Positions 38,436 to 50,225 of a stretch of 64,000 bases of DNA are shown here, one piece after another; the first letter of the stretch is position 1; each line of letters opens with the position of its first letter. The notes under the pieces are model-generated. The model had not been told where the DNA came from. It worked only from the letters and a program-made list of their open reading frames with translations, and did no database searches. The stretch covers positions 9,904,279 to 9,968,278 of the forward strand of contig OZ316894.1 of assembly GCA_973895155.1 (NCBI GenBank). Reading direction: 5' to 3'. The DNA comes from Marsupella aquatica. Lineage: Eukaryota > Plantae > Marchantiophyta. Position numbers and translations under genes: made by a program.

Positions 38436-39520
38436 ATGGGTGGAGGAGGAGAAGAGCCCGTCGCGACATCGGCCGTCCTGATTTCCACATCCAAGCACAT
38501 TTCGTCCAAATGCGGGGACGAGAATCGCGCCTTCCTCAACTGCAAGCGGAAAGATGCCAACCCCGAGAGCTGCTTGCCGCAGGGCCAGAAAGTCACCCGC
38601 TGTGTAGTGTCTCTGTGAGTTTCTCCCCTCGTCTGCTTCGCTAATCCCCCATCTGCCAGGTTCGTCGTTAGGCCCCAGTGCTACTCCTCGAAGGGAGTGA
38701 TTCACCTCTCAGCCTCGTTAACCATTCCCTCCCGTGTTTTTCTTTTTGCCCGTTTTCCGAAGCTTATGCCCGATTTTCCTGCTCCTGGTTTACGCGCTCG
38801 CGTTTTCTTCGTGATCTCAGGTTGGCATTGCTGATTCTGTGGGACACATTTTGATCCCTTCTCGTTCCTCTGTCCCGACCATTGCCTGATGAACTGATAC
38901 CGTGCAGCACTCACATGCATAATTCTAACTAGCTTAAATTAAGTCAATTATGTAAACTGACGTTTCCTAATAGCTTAAGCACTCTACACGATCTCATTCA
39001 ATTTGAAAACGTAGTTCGCGGATTTTCTCCTCGTCTAACCAAGGGACCTAATTGTGTATAAGTGACCTAGACAACGGAGTTAAGTAAGGTTTCCAACTAG
39101 CTTGATTATTCTCTGTGATCTGAGTCTATTTTGAAAACGGAATTCACGGTTTTTCTCCTTTTCTAACCAAGGGATCTGATTGTGTTAAATTGACCCTGAT
39201 TCCTAATGCCCAGTTCTTCCAATTGATTTCTAACCAATTCTGTCTTTGACGCCCCTCATTTCTAACTTTGGGAAATTAGATGAGTTTTCTACGAGTGTCA
39301 AGTGAATGCAAGACTTGCTACTGCTGCAAACGGTGTATTTACTTGTTGTGATATGCCTTGACCTAATCTAGGATATTCTACTGTCTGTAGGCTACGGGAG
39401 CTGCATGAAACATGTCCCAAGGCAATGGATGCCTTCACCAAGTGTATGGATTACTATGGAAACGAGTTCGAACTTTGCCGAAAGCAGCAACAGGAATTCG
39501 AAAAGAGCTGTCCACTATGA
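38436..39520 (+). CDS. NDUFA8: NADH dehydrogenase (complex I) 1 alpha subcomplex subunit 8 (PGIV), 102 aa
   Basis: Exons 38436-38614 and 39391-39520 give MGGGGEEPVATSAVLISTSKHISSKCGDENRAFLNCKRKDANPESCLPQGQKVTRCVVSLLRELHETCPKAMDAFTKCMDYYGNEFELCRKQQQEFEKSCPL*, with a quadruple CX9C-type pattern. Confidence 0.93.
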
Positions 39521-42500
39521 GATTTTGCAAACTGTTAGATCTTTCTCATTGTAGATCAAATGTTCTTCTCTGCAAGCCCGCAAATAAGGAGCTACTCGGA
39601 ATTCGCATGCTTAGATATGAGCTGTTAGAGTATTCCCCAGTTTTCATGTCATTGTCAAATGCAACGATGTGTACTTTAAGTATCTAGATGTTGAAATACT
39701 CCTTGATGGCTCTTATGAGGGTAAAGGGATATTGATCGCGTGGATATCCGACCTTCTGTGGTGGTTATTTCGTCTCGAATATTTCTTATTTGGCATTGCC
39801 TTTCTCAGCTGATTGTTTTCCACACCAAAGCTCCATACTGGAGATTTTCACACGCAAAGACAAAGCGATATTCGTTTTTCCTGTATTTTCTGGGGACTGA
39901 AAACCCACAAATCTTTGTATTGTGTATTCAGCATTTCCTCGGCAGACCTATTTAGTGCAAAACGTATCTGGACACTTCTCGTGCTGATTGACTTGTGTGG
40001 CCGACGATTATTACGTTGGTATTTATGTCTGGAAATCTTTCTCACATGGTCTGTCCCTGTACCAATTCTGTTGACACTTTAGATTGAAGTGCCATATTGG
40101 CAGGGTTCCGCCTGACTGGAGCATTAACGCTGTGGAGGTCGTGTATGCAGGTCAAAGTCTAAGTTATATAGCAAGGCAACAAAATTTAGTTTCACTACCC
40201 TCTTCAGTGTTGGAGCGGAGAGCCATACCATTACCAGTGAGGACATTTGTTTGTAGGGTTAGAGCGAGTACAGTGCAGATCGCCTTTATTGCTTGAATGG
40301 TATTTGTGAGGGGACTATGGTTTTAATGTGCTCGATATATGGAAAGTTCCCAGTCGATTTTGAGACGATATACCAGAAAGTTCATGTCAGTTTCAAGATT
40401 GTCAGCGATGCTGTGCAAAGACTCTGAGTGGTTTTTGGAGATGTAGAACTTGGAGCCCTTCAACGGGTTTGGCAGATAATCGTAATTAGAGATCGTAAGG
40501 TTGGATAAGTATTTCTTATCTGGAGAAGAAGCAGAAGTAATGGTATTTCTGTTTGGTAGGACTTGAGGAACGAGGAAAACCTCCTTGTAGCATATAGGTT
40601 TTCACACCTCTTTGATGTCTTCATAGAGTTAGGAATACTCTGTATATGGCGGAGGTTCTTAGCCATCCTACCTGTTGTCCCGAACCAGGGGACTACACCG
40701 GGGTCTAGGACCACCTTTTTACGCCACTCGAGTTGGCCTGTGAAGGCTGAGGCTTGGGTGAAAACAAGACAATGAGTCGAAGGATATTCTCCACGTCTGC
40801 ATTAATGTTACACCGCATAAGGTTGGAAGGTACTTCATACTGATTTCCATAGCATTGAAATTGCCAAAACTGGGCCTTGAAAAATATGGAGCGAGACAGC
40901 TTTGTCTAACACAAGGCTCTGGTGGAAAAGAACCAGAACTTGGATGTTCGAGCTGATTGCGCTCAGAACTTCGATGACAGTGCCTTGGGAAATGGGAGGA
41001 TATAGAAGCTTCCATTTCCACTTTGTTTGCCGAATTTGAAGTCTACAATTTCCAAGATGTCTTTAAGTATCCTAAGGGTCGCAATAGATTGTCACTTAGG
41101 CACACCTGTCCCAGTAATCAGACGGTGGAGATTGAACTGTCACTAGCTGCTCTTCTGATGGATTGATATCAGTGACAAGTGGATGATCTAGTTAGGATAT
41201 GTTAGTTGGGCAGACGTGTCCCACCATGTAAAGATCATTTTCCTCGCCAGGTTGAACCTCCCAATTTCCTATCCTCGAGGTATTACATGTGCCGGGAAAG
41301 TGCTATTTGTGCGAATGAGAAAGGTTTCCACGGAATTCATGAGTCTGACTGAAATCAGGAAAATCCTGGTCCTCCTTTTGGAAGGTACTCGAAACACATT
41401 GATTGAAATAAATCTGAGAGTACTCAAATCAGTACGTAGTTTTCCATTAAATTGAAGACGACATCAATGAGCGACATTGGCCTTCTGACCATTCCTTAAG
41501 ATCTCCTCTGTTTTAGCCATACGGGCGGCTTCTGGGGGAGCAAACATGAGGAATGACTGAATCAATGTGCCCTTTTTCTAAGCCCATAAGCTACTTTAGC
41601 CAGCTTAAGGCTGCATGAATACTCAAGCTGCTTTTCATGGAGACCTGTCGATCTCATGGTTGTGATAATGTTGGTACTACCCAAGATCTAGTATTTAAGG
41701 CCAATAATTAGATTCAGCTCCCAATGGAAAGCTTGCTTGATGTGGTGGTACGTCACGCGGGCTACTTGAAAACTCTCGAATTCAAAGCTCCATTAAAATC
41801 ATCTCTCTGCATGGGACTTCATAAGCCAGTTGAATGAAAGACAAAAGATGCATCATATGATCACTAGCGCAACTTGGTGTCGTCGAGAATAGCAAACTTC
41901 TAGATTCAACAGCACTCGAAACGTGATATATTGTAATGCTAGACTCGAAGGTGTGGAAACTCAAGTTCACACTGTAGCCCTATCCATGATGAGGGAGAGT
42001 TTGCGACGGATGGTTTCGACCAATGGGAAAAGGATCATGGTATGTTTCTCAGGTGTGTGACGGAACGTTTTACGGTGGACGCCTGTGAGGAACTTTCTGG
42101 AATGATCGAGACTCTTGAATGCATTGCTCTCCGGCTTGATGTACACCTTCCAGACCCTTCGGCTGGACGCCAGAGCCTCAGCGCGAAAGCAATTGGCAAG
42201 CTGATTTGGAGCATTAGCTGATAAAATGGTAGACCTGCTGCACTGCGCAAGGCAATCGGTTGTTGTGACTAGTACCTTTGTAGCGCGCTATCTGTGATGG
42301 GTTTCATGTTTGGACAACTTTCAGGTCTTTGCTGTTTCCTCCTTCACCAGCAGCGACCGTTCCAGACAGCATAGAAGTGAGCTGAAGTCCAGCCAGAGCT
42401 CAAGTTTCGGAGAGTAGAGAAAGAAAATGCTTCGAAAGATCCAGCAACTAACCTTCTCTGTGATTACCCGTGTGTGGAGTCGAGAGGCAATTTCGGATTT

Positions 42501-43060
42501 TGGCTCAAGTTTTGTGGACTCAGCTAGAGCGCCTTACTTGCTCAAGGCTCACGAGGTCGAGAGGAAATTCGTTTCTGGACAGGCGGACAGAGGAGAGAGA
42601 ATTGAGGTATTGTTTTTATCCCAACTCAATAGTTGTGCGTTTCAATTGCCGAGAATTCTTTCTGACTGAGCATTGCAATAGTTGGATCGGTCGCTCTTCT
42701 TGAGTTGTATGGAGACATGCTTCTATAGGAAACAGAAAGAATCCAACTGATTTTCTTGATCACGGGGGAAATCCTTTGTATTGTGATGCATCGTCATGAT
42801 TAGGCTGATCATCCGAATCCTCTATCAGGGCTTATTGCAGGGTATGGCACTTTAGAAATCTGGATTAAATATGAAAATTTTGTGTTGATAGATAGTGGGG
42901 AGGGTTTTCGAGAGAGCGGAGGATTCTGATAGAGTAGAGGCTCTTCTCAACCCTCGGGTTGAGTGTCCTCTTCAGTTCAATTTTGCAGAGTTTTGGTTTC
43001 AGGGGAGGGAATTGCTTTCACTCTGTAAGAAGGCGACTTGTGGATTTTTGGCCGGAGACA

Positions 43061-43432
43061 ATGGTTTTCTTGTTCTTCGGAGGAGTGAAGCCGGAAGTAA
43101 GTAAAGTGATTGAAAGTAGAGTGGCAGAGTGCCCTCGGTGTGGATCCGATGCCTCACTTGTGGAGTATGATAATGTCTTCCGAGCGTTCTTCATTCCCGT
43201 CTGGCGAAGGGCTGGCACGAACCCTGCCCTTCACTGTGACAACTGCTCATTCCTCCTGCCTTGGGAGCAATTTCAGAAACTTCAGTCGAGAAGAACCGGG
43301 GGGCTTCCTGAGCTAGAGCAGAGGACAAATGTTGTTGGGCCCTCTGCCCCCCTCCTCCGGTGCTGGTCTTGTAGCTCGGTTCTGCAGCCTGAGTTCCAAT
43401 TTTGCCCACAATGTGGAGCTTCTCAGCAATGA
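43061..43432 (+). CDS. Small double zinc-ribbon protein, 123 aa (plant 'MFFFFxGGV' zinc-ribbon family)
   Basis: MVFLFFGGVKPEVSKV..CPRCG..EYDNVFRAFFIPVWR..HCDNC..RCWSC..FQFCPQCG; four CxxC pairs in a single coding exon. Confidence 0.85.
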   Translation: MVFLFFGGVKPEVSKVIESRVAECPRCGSDASLVEYDNVFRAFFIPVWRRAGTNPALHCDNCSFLLPWEQFQKLQSRRTGGLPELEQRTNVVGPSAPLLRCWSCSSVLQPEFQFCPQCGASQQ

Positions 43433-44280
43433 TTTCAGGTCATGAAGTTGATGAAGTCATTCCATTCCTATCTTCAGAAATGATCAGTTACAGATTCACT
43501 ACTAGCGTATTCCCGAATTCTGTTTCGACAATGGAGATGGGTTACTCATTCTGGGAAAGATCCAGGTATTTCTGATCTCTCCATGGTTTCTAGATGCAAG
43601 CGGTTGGGACTGGAGGTCACTTTTGAGTTGTGAGAGTTCTGGTCCCCTGAAATTACGGACGAGCTTCTTCCAGTGGAAAGGAACAACCATTATTCACGTT
43701 GAAGGGAGGACTGAGCATTTCCGATTGACGCTTGAACTCCTTAGTATGCAAATCTTTTACAACACAGAATGGTGGTTCTGATTCGGAGGAGCCTGAGGTG
43801 ATGAAATTTACTTTTAAACGAGCTGGAAGTCATCCAGACGGCACGTTAGTGAGCTCTCTGTCGTTTTTCAGTAACATTCCAGCAGTAGGATACTAAAATC
43901 AGGTTTCGACCCTGCAAGTGGCGTCGCCCTGCTTGTCATTTTGACAAGCTCAGCAATGTACTATGAAGTATCTATAAACAAATAACCAAACAAACAAGTT
44001 GTCGACTGTCAAATGCTGATACGCCAAGTAAGAATTCACATTGTATCCAACACTTGGTGGCAATCGGCGATTAATGCTAAAATTGCTTTCATTGAGCTTG
44101 AATTCAGCATGTCATTCAACTTGTCGTTGAGCTATACATACCTGGTGGTACAAGTAGATGTACTACAATAGCTCCTCAGCAACAATGTAACGAGCGATTG
44201 ACTCCCGCCCATCCACTCCTCACTAGAAACTTGATGTTTCCCTGAAGTGTCAAAGGGCTTGAATATTTCCCCAACAAATT

Positions 44281-44412
44281 GGGCATTACAGGTACTCTTT
44301 GAAACCTGATGTTCTAAGGACTATTGTACTGCCACCCTGGCGTTGTGGGCATTACAGGTACTCTTTGAAACCTGATGTTCTAAGGACTATTGTACTGCCA
44401 CCCTGGCGTTGT
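44281..44412. repeat. Perfect 66-bp tandem duplication
   Basis: GGGCATTACAGG...CCCTGGCGTTGT starts at 44281 and 44347. Confidence 0.95.
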
Positions 44413-46383
44413 TCACACAACGCCAGCGTGAAACATTTACTATATGTGCACTAGTAAAATTCGGCCCAGTCCCTTGAGGAAATGGGTAGCGAAAAATCTC
44501 ACGGTACCAGAATTTGTTTTTTTTTTTTGCCTCGAAAAAACCAAACAAATTCCATTCATAAGGCCAGAATACAAAACGGGGGGCCCAAAAAAGGGCACCC
44601 CCAAGGGGACCATGAGGTCGAGGTGCCGGGGCCGGTGAAGCCAGAACCAGGGAAGAAATTGAGCCTCCTACAAGGCAACCAAACAAGGCATTTGGAAACT
44701 ACAACGGGAGCAGCACACTCCCAAAAACCGGCCAGTGCAAAGGGGCCGGCGGGGTCCCTTGCAGTGGATCCATGATAAGGTGGGAACACTCTATCAGTCT
44801 AGCAGTAGTGCAGCTTCAAAACCTGCAGTGACGTATTGCTCAAGGGGGACGTGGGGGGACCAGTTGGACTTGGAGGATATCATCATGGAGGAGCCACAGT
44901 CCATTCCATGTGCCATAATCCCGAGACATTGCGTGGTGGGCCTCGCTGAAGGTGGACTTCCCAGTGCGAATCTTGCCATTTGCCAAAATTGCCAAAATTG
45001 CCATTCGGGATAGTTTAAAACATAATTTTCCCCCAGATCCCGAGCTTGGTTTCCCCTAAATCTTCTTCAGAATTGGCCTTCACGCATGATCTGTTAAGCC
45101 TATATAATTTAGAAGTTGTGACTCTGGAAATTTTACTGTACTTCAATTTCTTTCTGCCAGAAATTACTCTTTGAAAACCTGTTTTGATAATCATGAAGTA
45201 CATTTGTTATTTAAGCCAATAGTAAATTCAGCCTATTGTGACAAAACGCTCACAGGTATGGTTTACTTATTGTTCAAACCCTGCGGGTGCTAAGGGCCAA
45301 TTTGCATGTAGCCAGCCCTCAAGAATTGGGCCCTTTGCTCTCGCAATGCCTTTGTGAAAAAGCAGATCTGCATTGAAACTTTCCAGCCTTTGCCCTTGAA
45401 ACCCACAATCATTGTGTTTGGGATGCTCTATCATGTGCTGGCATGAGTCAACTTGAGGGCAGTAAAACCAGGGGCTGCATACATGCGAGTTGGCTGTGAG
45501 GGGGCTTTACAAGACTGTGGGGGCCATTCAATGTCTCTCCATCTAAAGCTAAAATGATGGCCCGTCCCAGACACTAAAGTTAAAATGTCTGGGCCAATAT
45601 ATGTCAGATCTGGCAATAATAAATGCAATACCCTGATCGGGCTATAATAAATACAATACCCTGAATAGAAAAGACTGATTGCTCCATTCTTTTAGACCAG
45701 CTCAAGAGGAGGTCTAAGTTTTTGACAAAAAAACATGTACCCATTAGCAAAAAAGGGGACTCACTGATAGATGACTAGGTTTGGAAATGGCTTTGCGGGG
45801 ACCCAAGTTCATGTTAAAGTGCCACTATCCCCAAAGCAAAACTAGTGGATCCAGGTTACTAAAATAAATCAAAAATGGGCTCAAAACAGAAAGAGAAAAA
45901 ATAAAATTGCTAGTTTCTCCTCCCTTAACCTGGTGGACAATGGTGGTTTAAGTGAAATCTGGCCTGTTCTCACATGTGAGTGGCTAGGATTGCATCTCAC
46001 GCATAGAAAAACAGGAATGGCTGCCCCCGAGTTCTTGTAAAGGCCCCCTAATAAGGTCCTCCCATGAAACCCGTTTGCCCTGCACTTGCCAAGGGCGAGC
46101 TTTCGTCGTGTGCTATGGGAGCATGGTAACGAACGATGTCTCTCCTCCCTCAGCACCCTCGTGAGTCGAGTGTTTCTGTCTGCTCGAATGGATTCTCGAA
46201 TGGATTGCAAAAGTGGGACAGACGAGGAGAATCGAATTGCAATCTTCGGATTGCTCTCCCTCTGATCATCATCTGCAGCCATGCTCGCCTTTCCTCCTTC
46301 TACTCCACCCCGATCCACCTCGTGTTTTTTTTTTTTCCTCTTCTCATAGAGAATTGAGACTGGAATTGACCAGCAGCAGAGCT

Positions 46384-49300
46384 ATGGCGCTCCTCTGTGG
46401 TCGCCGCATTTTCTTTCTCTCCTCTACGCGGATACACCTCTTCTCGACATCGAGTGGCAACAATGTGTTTACCCGCTCCACTCTACAAGCATGGGCCGGG
46501 CACGAGATGGGCGCTCGACGAATCCTCCGGGTTAGGGCACAATCGGTCTCCACCGCAGCGGCAACCTCACCGACTCTGAAATCGGCGCCGACGAGGTCCA
46601 TTCCCTCGGACGCTCCGTTCAGTTCTGTGTCACCGCTGGAGAGACTGCGGGCAAGGCAACTGCGAGATGTGCCCAAGCCCGTCCCGGCGAAATCCTCCCC
46701 GCCAGCGAAGAGTCCACCGAAAGCGCCAGCTCTGGCCGTGTCGTTTGAAGAGCTCGCGTTGAGCGATGAGCTCATGTCGGCAGTCCGTGAATTGGGAATC
46801 TCGAAGCCCACTGAAGTGCAGAGCTTGGGAATTCCTTCGGTGCTTGCTGGTGAAAATGTGGTGATGGCATCGCATACTGGTTCCGGCAAGACTCTGGCTT
46901 ACATGCTTCCCATCGTTCAGGTGGGAATTTGTCTCTACCTTTCCTTGGAATCCGCATTGTGGTTGGTTTGGAGTATCATTCCTAAGTTTTAACAACAGGG
47001 GGTTTCTTCAAATATGGGTACCGTGATTTGTGTTTTGTGTGAAGCCGAGGGCCTTGGTATTGGATTCAATTTTTAAGGTTTAGGGAGTTGGATACTTGGA
47101 CGTGTGATCAGAGTCCGCATGACCGATTTCGTACATAATTTGCAGCTCAAGCCGAAGTGTACATAAAATATGGGTTTGTTCAAAAGACGGTTTACTCTGA
47201 TTTGGGTTTTGTGTCAAGCCTAACACTTTTGGTAGTCTAGTAAGTTTTAAGGTTTAGGGAGTTATATACATCGGCGCGTGATCGGATTCCATGCATAATT
47301 TGCAGCTGAAGCCGAAGCAGATATGATAGGCAGTTTCGTTGTGAAGCCTCCCTTAAACCCATGTCTGCTGGCAAAAGAAATTGGACGTCTGTCCCTCGAT
47401 ATGTTATTAGGCAGTATTGTTGTAAAGCCTCCCTTAAACCCATGTCTGCTGGCAAGAGAAATTGGATGTCTCTGTTCCTCGATATGTTATTAGGCAGTTT
47501 CGTTGTAAAGCCTCGCTTAAACCCATGTCTGCTGGCAAAAGAAATTGGACGTCTCTGTTCCTCGATATGTTATGCGAGTGGCGAGGGTAAGATTTGGCCT
47601 TCAAGTTGGAATTCGGAGTATCGGGAGCGCACTCATGGACTCCACAGCGATTGAAAGTTTTCACAGATAATTTGGATAAACACTGAAAACGAAAACAAAA
47701 ACAAAAACTGAGCAGGTATTTTCTATTGTTGTTGTGGCAGATGCTAAGGAGAGACGAACTAGACTCTGGCAAGGCAACCAGGATTAGGAGACCTCGTTGT
47801 GTTGTTCTCTGTCCTACCAGGGAGCTCGCGGAGCAAGTACGTGTTTCAAACCGCCTTAATTGGGTTTATACTGAGAGCAACCCTCCCTCTTGATTCGGCT
47901 ATCCAAGTTGAGGGTATCAATCGAAAACAGTTTACTTGTTTCTGGTATTAAGATACGCTCACAGTAGAACTGCTTGATTTCTATGAATTCTATCGAAGCT
48001 GAATTCTGGGTGAAAATTAATGGGATTCTGAACAACCGTACTGGGGACTAGTACCATAGTGAGCTCTGTGACGGTAATTTGGTCTGATAAATCGGAACTG
48101 TCGCTTCGAATTTCTACTACCGGTAGCTATTTTAGATTGAGAGGAGGTACTTAGGGGACAAAAGTTTTACAGGTGTTTCATGTGGCGAAGTCGATCTGTC
48201 ATCATGCACGCTTTCGAGCAGCAATGATTGGAGGAGGGACAAGGATGAAATCCCAAGAGGAAATTTTGAACACTGCTGTGGACATGATAGTCGGAACCCC
48301 TGGGAGGTTATTGATGCATATTAAGGAGGGCCATATGGCATATGGTGATATCAAGTATGTGGTGAGCTCTTGCACCTTGGTTTCTCTTCTCAGTCCACTT
48401 TGTGCTTTTGGTATAGGATGTGTAGCGAAAGCGGTGTTCCGACATTCCATATGCCATATTGCGCAGTTGTAAGTTTTAACGCTGAATTAACGGCTAATGA
48501 AGCCTCTTAAGGAACACCTGCGCGGCCAAGTTGGTTGTGGTCTTTCGCTTACTATTGGGATATTCTTCAGGCTTTGGACGAAGCAGATACTATGTTTGAT
48601 CGTGGATTTGCTCCCGAAATACGGAAGTTCTTGGGCCCTCTTAGAAATCGGTCCCGCCAGCCTGGTGATCCAGGATTTCAGACAGTTCTAGTCACAGCAA
48701 CCATCACCAAGGTCCGAACAAGCTCCCTTTCGTAACGTATATCTGGATTTTTTCATTAAATTGCTTCCTCTCTACAAATAGCTGTGTTTGTGTATCAATG
48801 TCTAATTGACATGTCCTATCTCTCCAGGACGTTCAAAAGTTACTGGATGAAGAGTTTCCTGGCATCAGGCATATCCAGACATCTACTCTACACAAGAAAG
48901 TTGCATCGGCACGCCATGACTTTTTGAAGCTGTCTGGCACAGAGAACAAACTGGAAGCTCTTACACAGGTATGAGTTGTTTCGCAATAGTTTTTCCCTGG
49001 GGACTTGAATAGCTGGCCTAGACATAGTTTTGCAGTTGTTTCTTGATTGACAAGTGAAGTTTGTGATTTCGTTGGCCATTCATGTGCAGGTATTGGAGCC
49101 AAGGCTTGCAAAAGGAAACCATTGCATGGTGTTCTGTAATACACTCAACTCCTGTCGTGCTGTGGATCATCATTTAAGTGAAAATGGCATCAAGACCGTA
49201 AACTATCATGGAGAGGTTCCTGCGGATGAAAGGTAAATATGGTGTTAGAAGAATTGAAATGCTCACGAGAGTTTCCGTTCTACCGAAGATGTTGAGCAGC

Positions 49301-50225
49301 AGACTGAAAATTGTGTCTCTTTTCTCTTGTTCATCCAATAGAAAGGTTGGATTTTTATTACCCTACGTCGTTTTAACCGTGGCAACTGTCCCTCAACTTG
49401 GATTGATTTGCATGACAGGGTTGAAAACTTGAGCAAATTTAAAGATGCTCAAGATGGTTCGGTCCCCGCATTAGTGTGCACTGACCTGGCTGCCCGAGGC
49501 TTGGACCTTGTTGTCGATCACGTGATCATGTTTGATTTTCCTTATAACCCTGTAAGTCATCTTTTGCCATTATCTCAATGCATATGCAGTCTCCCTAGAG
49601 CCAAATATTCTATGTAGCGTTGGAAAATTTGAACTTGTGCGGTTTCTATTTTAGTACAGAAAGAAAAGCAGGTTTTACTGACTCCATTTGTTTTCACAGA
49701 TTGACTATCTACATCGCACGGGCAGAACTGCACGTATGGGTGCTAAAGGTACGTTTTCATACTCTATAGATCTCATATTGCTTTACTTCTACTGCAGAAG
49801 CATTTCAAGTTTACCGTCAATGACATCTGTGTTGCTTGATGGCTGCAGGTAGAGTGACAAGTCTTGTTACTAAGAGGGATCTCACCTTAGCTCTTCAAAT
49901 AGAAGATGCTATGTCTCAGGGGAAATCGTTAGAAGCACTGACATCTAATAGAGAAACCTTGGAACAGCGGAAACAGCAAGAACTTGTACAAAAGAGGAGG
50001 CAAAAATCAATGGAGAAGGATGATAGAGGCAACTTCAAGACGGCAAAGTTTCAAGGTATAGGTAGATTAGGATCTGGTATGAGTAAGTCGGGTTCAAAGA
50101 AACCCTCGTCTTCACCCTTCAAACCTCTAAAAGGTACTCGAGGTAAAGCAAGGTTCGATCCCAGTGATAAGAAGGTCGACAGCAGTACCAAAAAGCCTGT
50201 GGGATTTTTTATCAGAAAAAAATAA
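46384..50225 (+). CDS. RH39: Chloroplast DEAD-box RNA helicase RH39-like, ~601 aa
   Basis: Nine exons (46384-46920, 47741-47836, 48173-48361, 48571-48711, 48828-48968, 49090-49232, 49419-49551, 49700-49748, 49849-50225) join in frame. Transit-peptide-like N-terminus, Q motif, [33 protein letters not shown] (motif III as in RH39), TDLAARGLD and [10 protein letters not shown]. Confidence 0.9.
47327..47573. repeat. ~82-bp tandem repeat x3 in helicase intron 1
   Basis: TAGGCAGT..AAGCCTCCCTTAAACCCATGTCTGCTGGCAA..CCTCGATATGTTAT occurs three times. Confidence 0.9.
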
